Shown: in pieces, positions 48,597 through 60,400 of the stretch
Layout: each line of letters starts with the position of its first letter
How positions within the stretch are numbered: position 1 is the first letter of the stretch
From: Selaginella moellendorffii
Lineage: Eukaryota > Plantae > Lycopodiophyta
Assembly (NCBI RefSeq): GCF_000143415.4
Contig: NW_003314325.1
Coordinates: 398,567 to 462,566 of the forward strand
Length of the DNA stretch: 64,000 nucleotides
Reading direction: 5' to 3'
Notes under the pieces: model-generated
The model's database searches: none
Told to the model about the DNA's origin: nothing
Seen by the model: the letters and a program-made list of their open reading frames with translations, nothing else
Made by a program: the position numbers and the translations under genes

Positions 48597-49699
48597 GGAA
48601 GTTGCATTTGCATAACCGGTGCAATGTAAGGTGTCGAAAACACCTAAGAAATTGACTCGAGATGTCAATATTAAAGTTCTAGAGTGCGATGGTTATGTTA
48701 GTAAAGGCTAAGACTACTCTAAAATGAGTAGTAATATTGAAGGTGTCTTTAACAGGTTTAGCAAGAACTAAATGAACAAAGGTAAAAAACTACCACTAGT
48801 GATTTAATGAGATTTTAAATTGGAAAGATTATGCTCTTTAGAGGATGAGTAAGGCATGGTGAGCCTTCGGGTTCGAGCCATTGACAAATAGGTATGGTGA
48901 ACCTTTGGTATCGAACCATTGATGTAATACATGTGGTTTTCACCTTTTATCCTATAGTGATTTACTATAGGATAACCATGAAGTAGAACTTAAACCCTTC
49001 ATATGCCCATGTGTCTAAAAGACAATAAAGTGGAATCTAAGTTTCATGGCCTTGGACCATTGAACGAAAGAATGGAGCCAAACTCCTAAATATGGAGCTA
49101 AGGAGCGAAGAAACTAGAGCATGGAGTAACTTTTAAGCGTACAGCCCAAGGAGTGAAGGGACAAGGGCATGAAGCAATTTAAAATAATCCTAGAGTATTT
49201 AACATTTCATTGCAAGGACCAACACATAAAATAGAGCCAAATGGAGTGTAGCAATATTTGAACATATCAATAGCCTAACATGAGGATATAGATATTCCAT
49301 TAGTTAGCAGTGTGGAACTTAAGCTTAAGCCCAAGCCAAACATAAAAGAAAGACAAACACGCAAATAGGAGCTATATTATGTTTTAGGTTGGTCAACCAT
49401 GCCCAACCTACCCATTGATCCGTAACAGTAAAAGATTAATTATTATGAAAATGTATCTAAAACCATATATATTTGCAAAATATATTGTAAATTCAAATAT
49501 ATAAAAATCTATATATGTATGCTAAAAATTAGGTTCATAAAAGGACAAAAAATTATTAAAATACATTTATAGCATGACCCAATTTAAAAAAACATTTCCA
49601 AAACGATAAAAGTGGCATATAGATTTTTCTTAGTGACAGCCACATAGTTTTGCAACTAGTGATCCATATTGACAAGCTAGCTGTGTTCTACAACCTCAG

Positions 49700-50930
49700 C
49701 GAGAAGCTCTCCTCATGTCTCATGCTGGCAAACGCCTCCACAGCCTTGGCCTCATCTCTTGCCTCGATGTACCCCATAACACCATGCTGTGGAAAGGCAA
49801 ACAAACGTGCATGTCTGTGTTGCACTTGACTTTGTGGCCTGTGAGTGAACGGTCTTGCCTTTGTCCAGAGTAAAAACTTTCACGAGCTTCCCGTCAACCT
49901 GTCTCGCTTCTTCCTTAGCAGCCAGGCCGATGCAAGCTTTCGCCACCACAACGAAAGTTAGCATGTCTGGCTCAAAGCCTTCGTCCTCCATTGTTGTCGA
50001 AAGATCCAAAGCCCCATGAGCAAACGTGATCCCCACAAAGCAGTCTGTTGTATGGCCTCCAGCATGCAAAGCCATGCCTTTCTCCAAACTTGCCAGCTTC
50101 ACGGCCCTCCCGTCGATTTTTCTGGTGACTTCTTTTCCTGCGACGCTGGTGCAAGCCTTCAAGGTGGCAACGTACGATCGAGAGGTCGGAGCACAGCCCC
50201 TGGAAGTTTTCATGCTGTCGAAAAGCTCCAACACGGTCCCTGCCTCTCCATACTCGCAGTAGCCAAACATGAGAGCGTTCCACGCCGCGGCCTTTTGACA
50301 CTCCATGCTGTCGAAGACTCTTCGAGCATCCGTCATGCTCCCACACTTGGTAGAAATCCACCAGTGTGTTGGCGAGCACAGCCTCCGGATCATCGATACT
50401 TGAGCGTGTACTCTCGTGCCTCGCTCAAAAGCCACCACCTTGACGAGCCTCCCGTGAACCTGCCTTTGATCTTCTCTCGCTGCAAGGCTGGAGCAAGCCT
50501 TGAGCGCAGGAGCGAAAGTGAGAGCATTCTTCTCGCAGCTCACACGCTCAAACAGCTCGAGAGCGACCCCCCCCCCCCCCCCCCCCCCCCTTCCATTCCC
50601 ATTCCAGAACACGACCGTGTGAAACTCCATCCTGTCGAAAGCTCCCCGATCCCCGAGAATCATTCCTTTCTCCAAAGCACTGAGCTTGACTTTTCCACTG
50701 CCGATACTTTTCCACTGCCGATGACGATCGTGCTCTCTTCACTGTCAGCCATGGAAGAGCACGCAAGAGCACGCCTTGATTGCTCCTAGGAAAGTCCCCG
50801 CATTGGGACGCAAGCCGCGGAATAATTCCAGTGTCAAATCTCCTCTTCCATTTTCAACGTATCCCAGCAGCAGCGAGTTCCAAGTCATGACGTCATACTG
50901 TGGAATTCTTTCGAAGATCTGACGAATCAA
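49700..50930 (-). pseudogene. PLS-type pentatricopeptide repeat (PPR) gene fragment
   Basis: KCGSMTDARRVFDSM...AWNALMFGY, IFERIPQYDVMTWNSLLLGY, PNAGTFLGAIKAC, PDMLTFV; frameshifts and a 24-nt homopolymer. Confidence 0.85.
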
Positions 50931-51285
50931 AATCCTTGCTGCTGATGGATTCCAGATACCCGGCCATGATCGCCATCCACACTGCGGCAAGCATGGTGTG
51001 CGCATCCGTGACGCTGCGGCATCGCGGTTTGTTCTCAAAAAAGTTCTAATGATAATCCCAGCCCTTTGAAGTACTGCCCAGCCAATATAAATTGCCTGGA
51101 ACATACCATGGCATAACATAACAGCCCCATGAAGAGATTGGTGAATCATTCGATCTAAGCCATGGAGATTGGGCAAACATGAGAATTCTAACAAAGGGCG
51201 AAGTAGAGCTATCAATTCTCTGCCTTGAAAGGTATAAGCCATTTCAAATTTTTAAAATCAAACCTTCTCTAATACAAAATATTTA

Positions 51286-52819
51286 TTACTGAGTGCTTGC
51301 ATTTGTTAGCCTTGGAGTTACACGAACTTGCAGTGGTGACTCTGGCCAAGTTACTGCTCCAAAAGTCTCATCAAAACCATAGCTTTCCCCGGGAACATGA
51401 TGCCAATCAAAGCCGTGGAGCAAATTTCCAAGAGTGAGATAGACAGTTTTGAGACCCAGTGCCATGCCTGGGCATATTCTTCTCCCAGCTCCAAATGGAA
51501 TCAGCTCAAAGTCTTGGCCTTTCACATCGATTGCCGACCCCAGAAACCTCTCGGGCCAAAACTTTGTAGGATTCTCCCAAACTTTCGGATTTCTGCCAAT
51601 GGAGTAAACGTTGACAATAGTGGTGGCACCTTTGGGAACGTGGAATGATTGACCCAATACACAAGCTCGAGTTGACATCCTTGGCACCAGCAATGGCGCT
51701 GGAGGGTGCATCCTGAAAGTTTCCTTGACAATGGCCTCAAGATATGTCAGCTTTGGGAAATCAGACTCTGAAACCATGCGATCTCCACCCACGACAGCAT
51801 CGAGTTCTTCTTGTGCTTTCCTGATGATCTCTGGATTGTTGAGAAGTTCTAGCAAAGCCCACTCTACTGTGCATGGGCTTGTGTCTGTTCCTCCTGCAAG
51901 GACTTCCTGTGGCAAAACATTTCCAGAGTATGAATTATTAATGTTAGAGTGATTCTCCGCTTACCATTAAGGTGGCTCTGACAACTTCATGGTCGCCTCC
52001 TCTATGCTCAAGCAAGATATCCATGAAATCCATTGTGGGACGGGATTTGTTGACTTTGTGTTCGTCGATGATCTTCTGGAGGAATTCATTCTGCTTGGCA
52101 GCTACTCGTTTAGCCTGTGGTATGTTCCAGTCGATCCATTTGAGCCAAGATGGTACAAACTCACTTATATGGAACTGGAGAGAAAACTTGACTGACTCAT
52201 CGATCAGTTCCTTGAACACTTTGGCTTCTTCTAGCTCGTCGCCACTCAGGTTCTTGCCTAAAAACCTCTTACTCATAAGGACCCGTGTCTGTACGTTGAA
52301 TGCAAAAACAGTGAGGTGTTCTCGCAGATCTACAACACTTCGGTCTTTGCAAGCTTGGGCAAGTGATGACATCAAGTAAGAAAGCTCCTCCAGTCTAACC
52401 CACAAGAAAGAATCAATGCGCTTGACTGTGAAGAGCTCGGCGGTGCAGATCTTTCTCATGCTCTTCCAGTGATCGCCACTAGCTAAAGCCATTCCCTTGA
52501 AATTGTTGCCACTGTGCTCTCCAACCAACAAGTATGGCCTGAAACTAAAAGTTGAGTCTTCAGTCTTGAGCACTTGTTTTGCTAGAGCTGGACTGGAGAT
52601 CACAATTGCTGGGATCATCCCCAATTTGAGATACATAATCTCTCCAAAATTCCTGGACAGCTTTTGCAATGAATGGTGAGGCATTCTTCCAATGAGATGG
52701 AGGTGACCAATGAGTGGCAAGCCCCATGGAGATGGGGGCAGCCTGTTGCTTGGCAACAACACATTCTTGAAGAGATGGAGCAAGAGTAGAAATCCAAAGA
52801 AGTAGAGAAGGAACTCCAT
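51286..52819 (-). CDS. Cytochrome P450, CYP71 clan (A-type), 2 exons (52819-51965, 51906-51286), ~491 aa
   Basis: TM anchor, PPSPWGLPLIGHL, single phase-0 58-nt intron, AGGTDTS, ETFR, PERF, FGAGRRICPG. Confidence 0.96.
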
Positions 52820-54479
52820 CTAGTTTGCCTGAATAATGATCATGGACTATAATCATAGTCTATAAATAATGATCTCATTGTGATGCAATTTGTAAACACA
52901 GGTTAGGTTGAAGCACGCTTTTTCTATGGCTAGGTATATTCTTTATCCTGCCAACCATTCCATGGATCGAATGACTATAATCTCTTTGCTTCTTAAGCAA
53001 ACTTGTAGGGGGAGTGTAGGAATTTAAGTATGGCAATCAATATGTGATTACACATGGGAGAAGTATATATTTATATATGTGTGAATATATATTTTTTTTC
53101 AATTACACACAATTATAATAGCAATTGAAATGTGATTGTGATATGCCATGTGCCTGGGGGCATGCCATATGCACAAACATTTCATGCCACATCTACATTT
53201 GAGTATCAATTGAATTTCACAATCCATAGAGCTTGGCATGTACAATATTGCATTTAAAAATATTTTGAGTAATTAGTGAGTGACTTTTCTATGGTTTTCT
53301 TGGCTTGTCAAAGATTTTGAGACATAAACTAATCACATCATGGAGTGAGCACGGGAGGTTAGGCATTAGGATGGAGCTAGACAAGAGATTGTTGCTCAAA
53401 TCCAGCTATTATAGTGTCGCTAGGAAGAAGATTGATGGAGGGATATGGTTGGAGAGGCTGTTTCACTAAGAACAAACTCTTAATAGGTGGTGATTCTGCA
53501 TAAAGTATGATTGTTGATCAAGACTTAAATAGAAATTTGTAAAGAGGCAACTAGCTAAACTACCACCCAAATAGTGTATAAAAATCAATTCTCCCCATAA
53601 TCTTGCTTATTTCTTAATGCTAGATGACAATGAATGGATGAGTTGGGGCTTGAAGAATCTATATATGGTGCATGGTGTTGATGTATCATGCTTGAAAAAC
53701 ATAGCACTGAAAAAAAAAATTTAAGCACATGTATTTTTAATTGATATATCTTAAAGTATAATACAATTTTTTGCCACACCACCCACTCTAGGTCTCTAGA
53801 GATGTCCTAAAACCATTATTAACTCAATTAAATCTATACTACCTACTATATTTATTCCAATATAAATCCTAGACTTTTTAAAATAGTTAAATGGATATCT
53901 GATACTATAAAATGATGATAGAACCAACCATAACTCTTCAAGGAGTTATATAGCTTCTTAAACTATCCAGTCCATGAGTGGTCATCTTATGACCACTCTT
54001 AGCATATTTAGAAAATTGTAAGCAATTAAATTGTTCATTCTTCTTTAGTCACTTAAAGATATAAATTTTTATCCTAAATTGTTAGAAGAGTTTCACTCAC
54101 AACCTTTATAGGTTTTTATCTCAATTTATGACTACATTTTGAAACACTTGTAGTAGGTATTTAACTAAGTAATCTCACCTATACTTAAATTAAAAGCATC
54201 AACCATTTTATCTCTTAAATATTTATTTTAGTTTTGGACTCTTTATTATTTATTTTACTTTCACAAAAAATCCCAGGTCATATCATCACCCATTTGTAAG
54301 CTCTTGAGTTTGGATTTCCCAAAAAGTAATCTAACTTAATACATGTTCTAATAAATATTGTATTCCACATTTTTTTAATATGGGTCTTAGAAGTTTCACA
54401 TTCTTGCAATACATTGAAATAAGATAAAAATTACTCCTACTACTTTATTAAACACATCACTTTTCAATGCTTAGCTTCG

Positions 54480-55550
54480 TTTTTCAATTCTTCAATCCAT
54501 GCTTCTTCTGTAGCTATACTCTGGAGGCATTTCTTCAACGGATCTCGAAGCCTAGGCCTGCTTGGTATAAAAGTTCATCCAGTCGCTGAAAATATTCCCA
54601 GAGAAGGGGACGGGGTGGCTTAGGCACAAGAAAGATTCCCAAGTCTGGATGTTTTTTGCAAATCCGTTTGAGGTTTTCACATTCAATCCGTTGGACGCAG
54701 AAATGAGGATGGTATTGCAGGAAGTGTGCTACCTGAACGATATAACCCACCTGAAAACATACACAAATAAACATGTAAGATAGAAAGTGATACAAACCTG
54801 AAGACGAAGTCTCTTCATTGATCCAGTGTGAGTCCTCTCTGCCCAGTCCTCATTTCACAGAGGATCTCTTGAACAGTGATACGTGTCGTGTCCCTTCGCT
54901 AGGCAGAGGTAGCATTTCTTTTGTTCATGAGCAAAAGGATCCACTCCAGGCTAAAAGAAGAAACAAAAAGTCAAATCTGGAAAACAAGTGACCCCCTTGC
55001 AGTGTCTTTCCCAATGGCCTCTCTTCTTACAATTTCTGCATTGGTCGACGAGTAACCCCTCCTTCTCACCCGGACGATGAGTTCCTATGATCTCGTACCT
55101 GTTACAAACAAAAGCTAGTAAAGATCGAACTCAATCTTGCGTACCTTGCTCGTGGGTTCTCGATTGCAAAAACGTCCACCTCCTTCGGCTTTTCCTTTGT
55201 GAACACATTGTGCTGCCCGTTGCTGCTGCCGCCATAGGCCTTCATCCTCAAAACGTAAGCCTTCCTGTAGTGCCCGTTGCTGCTGCTGGTGTACGCCTTC
55301 ATCCTCAAAACGTAAAGTCCAGAACCCACAGGTAGCTATACCCCGTTCTTGTCCCTGCTGTATTGAAAAGATACAGAAAAGCAGAAAAGACACGAGCTTT
55401 AATTCCAGGATCCCTTACCTGGAGAACCGAAGCAATGCAATCAAAGAGGAGAACACGATGTAGCTCCGTAGCAGTGCCACAAATAATTAGGTTTCCATGA
55501 GCCGCAGGCGGGAGAATCTGGGCGATACCTTGACCACCCTGCCGCAAAAT
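54480..55550 (-). pseudogene. CCHC zinc-knuckle family, copy 3 (inverted)
   Basis: Reverse complement matches 33970-34830 (YEIIGTHRPGEKEG, CYLCLAKGHDTYHC, YIVQVAHFLQYHPHFCVQRI); contains a 57-bp tandem duplication (RFEDEG..QQQRA x2). Confidence 0.8.
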
Positions 55551-55609
55551 CTACAGTTATTGACATTCTTTTCCCACTTACATCGTTAAAACTTAACGAC
55601 TGCGTGTGT

Positions 55610-56088
55610 TGCACGCACCAGAGAAAGATTTTGCGGTGCGTGCAACCCCTCTCTCGAGAACAGGATCTGCTTCATATAGCAGGCCGTCTCGCCTTCCACC
55701 AGTTTTTCTAGAGCTGCCTTGCACCGAGCCACACCTTACAAGCTCGAGGATGAGATCTCGATTCGCTTCATACCTTCACAAAGTGGCTTCCGAGTGGAAA
55801 ATGAATGAAGCATAGCAGCATGCCTTCAAAGTCTCACCTAGTGTGCGAAACACGGCTTTGCATGTCAATTTCTACCACTCCTCACAGCCATCGAGAGTCG
55901 TGCCTTCAAGGCTAGCAAGAGCATGCGCTGCAGCGTCGTGATCATTCCCGATCCAAGCTTTGGTCGACAAGCCTCTGAGCGCATCAATCACCTCCTCACC
56001 AAGTCCAGCTGGTACTCACTTGCAGAACGTTCACCCGCGGCTTTTCCATGAAGCACGATAACCTTCGTCATCTTCTTCCCACTCAAAG
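55610..56088 (-). pseudogene. Second, shorter DEAH11/12-like fragment (inverted copy of ~35760-36330)
   Basis: LSGKKMTKVIVLHGKAAGERSASEYQ versus LSRKTMTKLIVIHEKAAGERSISEYQ; further colinear blocks to AGATCCTGT.CTCGAGAGAG. Confidence 0.75.
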
Positions 56089-56112
56089 TCTGAGCAGTGC
56101 CATTGTGTCGCT

Positions 56113-56748
56113 TGTCAACGCTCGAACCAAGCCTGACTGGATTTCCAAGAACATGAAACGGGGGCGGCTCCACAGATTTTACTGGCTCAGGAGAGTTCTT
56201 GCTTCACCTTCTCAGGATCCAGATCAAGGTCGATGAAGGGAGATGAACACACCTGACTGTGAGCACTGGCTAACTTTACACGAATCATCATGTGTGCACT
56301 TGGACAAGATAAACATAAGGTAAGAACTCTTATATATATCTTGATGAGCATCCTTAGCTTGGGACGTACGTGACGTATGGGCCACGGACGACTTTTCCCG
56401 TACATGAAAGTATCACGGTATCCATGTCTCCAGGATCGCACTCGGTAACCATGAGGCCTCTATCTCGTAGATGACGCCATGAGATAAGAAAACGCAGCTC
56501 GCTGGTTAGCTTTCTTCATGGAAGTGATAACCAGACTCTTGCCGGCCTTACATTGTGCGTCTGGGGCCCCGAGTTTCAGCGCAAGTTGGGCCTTGAAGAG
56601 GTGAGAAAACTCCTCTTCGCTGGAAATCTATTGTTAGTAAGAAAACAAAAGAGAAAATGGCCTGATCTCCAAGGGCAGAGAAGAAGCACGAGTAAAAGAA
56701 TGCTGTGTATTGATAAGAAAAACGATGGAATGGAGATAGGGATCCACA
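56113..56748 (-). repeat. Putative 3' LTR of the Ty3/gypsy element
   Basis: Minus strand: PPT AAAAGGGGGAA (56756-56766), then TGTGG at 56748 ... TTGACA at 56113; internal TATA-like TATATATAA ~56329-56338. Host homology resumes just beyond. Partner LTR is outside the window. Confidence 0.55.
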
Positions 56749-57428
56749 ATTTGGATTCCCCCTTTTGAAATGCTAGCGGTTCTAACTGCTAGCATATACC
56801 ATATGCTGTGCATGATTTAATCTATGGCTCCGATGCAGCCCTGGGTTCAAAGTCGGAGTCCCCTGAACCTTGTTTTTGGTTGAGACACTCTGCTCCCCTG
56901 ACAGAACTAGACACCGTCCTCGGTGCGAACATAGTCAGTTTCCATCGCTTGTTGCTGCTGCTGCTCCAGTCGATAGAGGCGACGTTTTTGCTGTGGGAGT
57001 GTAAGCTCGTGGTTAGGGACGCTGTCTGGTGGATCTGTCCCATCTTCCTGGAGGTCGGCTACCTCAGCCAGCAGGGCGGTATGATCATCCTCGAGTTTTC
57101 GGTAGCGGGTGTTGAGCTCTTCATATTTGAATTTGTAGGTGAATTCGTGAGCTGCTGATGGCTGCTTGGAGACGATCTTCCTGATGTCCCGGAGGTCAGT
57201 GCAGATCTGCTTCATCTCTTCAATCTGAGTTTCCAGCCGGTGGTTTAAAGGCTCATAAAATTCCTTCTTGATCGCTCCCCGGGTGTATATGAAGGAGTCT
57301 TGCTTGAGAAGATGCTGTGCAATGTCGGCTGGTGTTGGGAAGTAGTTTGCTTGCTCGCGGTGCATGCGTTGATCCAGGGCTTCAAACAACTTGCGGGTGC
57401 AGTAGCTTGGGTCGCGAAGTTTATCTTC

Positions 57429-60400
57429 CTACTCCTTCCTGATCTCATCATAATCACGGCGTACCTGACTCTGTGGCTGAGGCATGGTTGCTGCTCCTGC
57501 TCCTGCTCGGTGATCCTGGTGTTTCTCGCTAGGGTTCGCTCTGTTCTTGGTCCCGGGAGTTGAAGTTACTGGAGGCTGAATCTGCTTCGTTGGATGTGGG
57601 TGACGTGGTTGGGCCAGATTTTTTGAGGTGGTTGGAGATGAGCTTTTCAGTTTGATGGTGGATGAACGGCCCAGATGTGGCGTTGAAATTAATTTATCCA
57701 TTGAGAAATTTTTCGCTTGGAATTTTGTTGAAGGGGCGGAATTTTTGTGAATGCTGGTCGTGGTATTTGCTGGAGGAGACATGGTTGCGTGTTCTTCAAG
57801 TGATTGGCGAAGGTAGTCAATGTTTTCTTTTGTAGAACGTGTCAAGGAGGTCGGGGCGTTGAGAATGTTGTTCTCAGCTGGTGTAGAAATTGAGTTCTGG
57901 GTGATCAGCTGACGTTTTTCTTTGGCAATGTTGATGTGTTTGTGAGAAGTTGTCGGTTTTGGGGCTGATTCGAGTGGATGCGGGTTCTGGGGTGATTGTT
58001 GATGGTGGTGTGAGTTGTGTTCCTTGTCGCTGATGATGAGGTGCTCTCGGATCAGCGGTTTGGGAGCTGGATTCGCTGGTGTTTTGCGTGTGAAGCGGCG
58101 GCGAAGTGGAGTTGAATTGTTGGAGTGTTTGTTGCTGGAGCTGGTGTTGTTGGAGTGAGTTGAGCCTGATTGTTGAGATGCTGGCTTCTGTTTCTTGCTG
58201 GGAGTTGCTCCTTCTGATTCTGAGTGTTCTTCGGAGCTGTCGCTTTGTTCTGTGGAGTTCGTTTGGGTTGTCCACGGTTGCTTGTTGGGAAGAGCTTGGT
58301 GTAGAGCGATCAGCAGTGGGAAGATTACTGTGCGCATGGTCTTCTTGTTGAGTGTGGCGAGGATGGCGCGGTCGAGAAGCTTGAGAAGGAGCTCGTGGAG
58401 ATGGTGAGCCACGTTCACACGTTTGCCGTCGAGTAGAGCTCCGTAGACTTCTGCTGTGCGCTTGCCGATGGTGCGATCTGTTGGGCGAAGTTCGTAGTAG
58501 AGGAGGAGGGCTTTGAGTCGATCCATATGCTGCTCGTCGATGTCCTCCCATGTGAGCTCACCAGTAATTTCTCGATTGGCCTTGATGATTTGCTGTGGAA
58601 CTTCTCCTGAAAATTTGAGCAGTCCCTTGTTGGAGATTTTGAAAACAGAGGCGATTCTTGCTGGGCTGAGGGTGATCTCGTTGGTGCCGTCGGTTATGGT
58701 GCTGTTCTTGGGGTTGAAGGAGGCGGCCAGTTTCCTTGCTAGTTTTTGATCAGGGTGTGTTGAAAAGGCCTTGTGGAGGAGCTCGAATCCGTGGTCCTTG
58801 AGCCAGGTGGTTGTGTCGTTGCTGGGAAGCCTAGGAATATGGTGTATGACGTATCTGAGGCATCGGGGTGGATGAGCTGGCATCTTTCTCTTCATTTTCT
58901 GCGATCGAAGTGCTCGCCCCGTTAGGGTTCTTGAAACCTGTAACTGTTGGTTGGCTGATCGTGCGGCGCTCGATTGCTGGTGATGAACGGTCGAGATTTG
59001 TTGACGGAATTGATGTGGTTTGATTTGGCTTGATTGCAAATCAATGGTGGATATTGGTGATGAAGTTAACTCAAGTTCAACTATTGATATTTGCTCAGGT
59101 GGCGTTGATCCAACAGTAGCTTGGGACTTACAGATTTTTGCTGCTGTTTGTTGCTGAAGTTGGTGGATGAGTTCGTGTTGAGTTGAGTTGAGTTGTATCG
59201 AACTGATTTGAGTTAAAGTTTGTCTATTGGGGTGAGTGTTGATTGTTGGTTTTGGGGTGTTTGTCGGTTTGGGTCTGAAATTTGTTGAGGTGTTGATGTT
59301 GAATATGTTGACGTGATATGGTCGAAGCTTGTTGAGGTTGACGATCTCAGTGAAGTCTTCGGCGAGTGTGCTGACTTTGGCGATGCCGTTGGGGTATAGT
59401 TCAATGATTTTGAAAGGTCCTTGCCAGTTGGTGTGGAGTTTTCGGCCAAGTTTGCCGATGGGTCCTCGGTACCAGAGAACATGGTCGTCGACGCTGTATT
59501 TGGGAATGTTATGCCGGGATGCTTGTCGGTCGTGCCGAGCTTTTCTCTGTTTTTGGATGGCGTGAAGTGTCCAAAGGGCATTTAGTCGGAGTTCGTCGAG
59601 ATGTTCGAGTTGCTGAAGCCTTTCTCGAACTGCATGTCGGGTGTCGAGATTATACTTGACGGTGACTCGCATGCTTGGGACGATGAATTCGATTGGCGTG
59701 ATGGCTTCTGTTCCAAAGGCGAGTTTAAATGGCGTCATGTCAGTGGTGACTTTATACGCAGTTCGATAGGCCCAAAGTACATCAAGAAGTTTGTCGTCCC
59801 AGTCTTTGCTGGAATCGTTGATGACTTTTTTGAGGATGGTCTTCAGTGTTTTGTTCGTTGCTTCTGCTTGACCGTTGCCTTGAGGATAGTATGGTGTCGA
59901 CGTTTTATGTCGGAGTTTGAACTCGGTGGCGAGATGTTCGATTGTTTGGTTGATGAAGTGGGTGCCTCTATCGGTGACGAGTTCAAGTGGTGTGCCGAAA
60001 CGAGTGATGATATTTTCGTAGATGAAGGTTGCTGTTGCTTTTGCTGTGGCATGTTGGAGAGGTATTGCTTCGGCCCACTTGGTAGTGTAATCGGTGGCGA
60101 CGATGATGTACTGATTTCGTCGACGGGTGCTGACTTGGGGTCCGACGAAGTCGAGTCCCCATTTCTGAAATGGTGCCATTGGGAATGTTGGGTTGAGTTG
60201 TTGAGTCTGAGTTTTCGGTGGTAATCGGTGTCTTTGACATGTGTCGCAGCATTTGCAGAATTCTTCAGTGTCGTGCCAGAGTGTCGGCCACCAGAGGCCG
60301 GCTTGAAGAATCTTCCGAGTGGTTGTGTCAGCAGTGAAGTGTCCGCCGGAAGGTCCATCATGAGCTTCCTTGATGATTTGAGTTGTGTGTGGCTGCTTGA

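Noticed and set aside
48447-48923. Short repeats considered as a CRISPR-like array
   Set aside because: Only two adjacent copies each, no spacers, eukaryotic context.
53006-53600. AGGGGGAG-TGT, a copia-like PPT and LTR start
   Set aside because: No LTR end, partner or coding remnant found.
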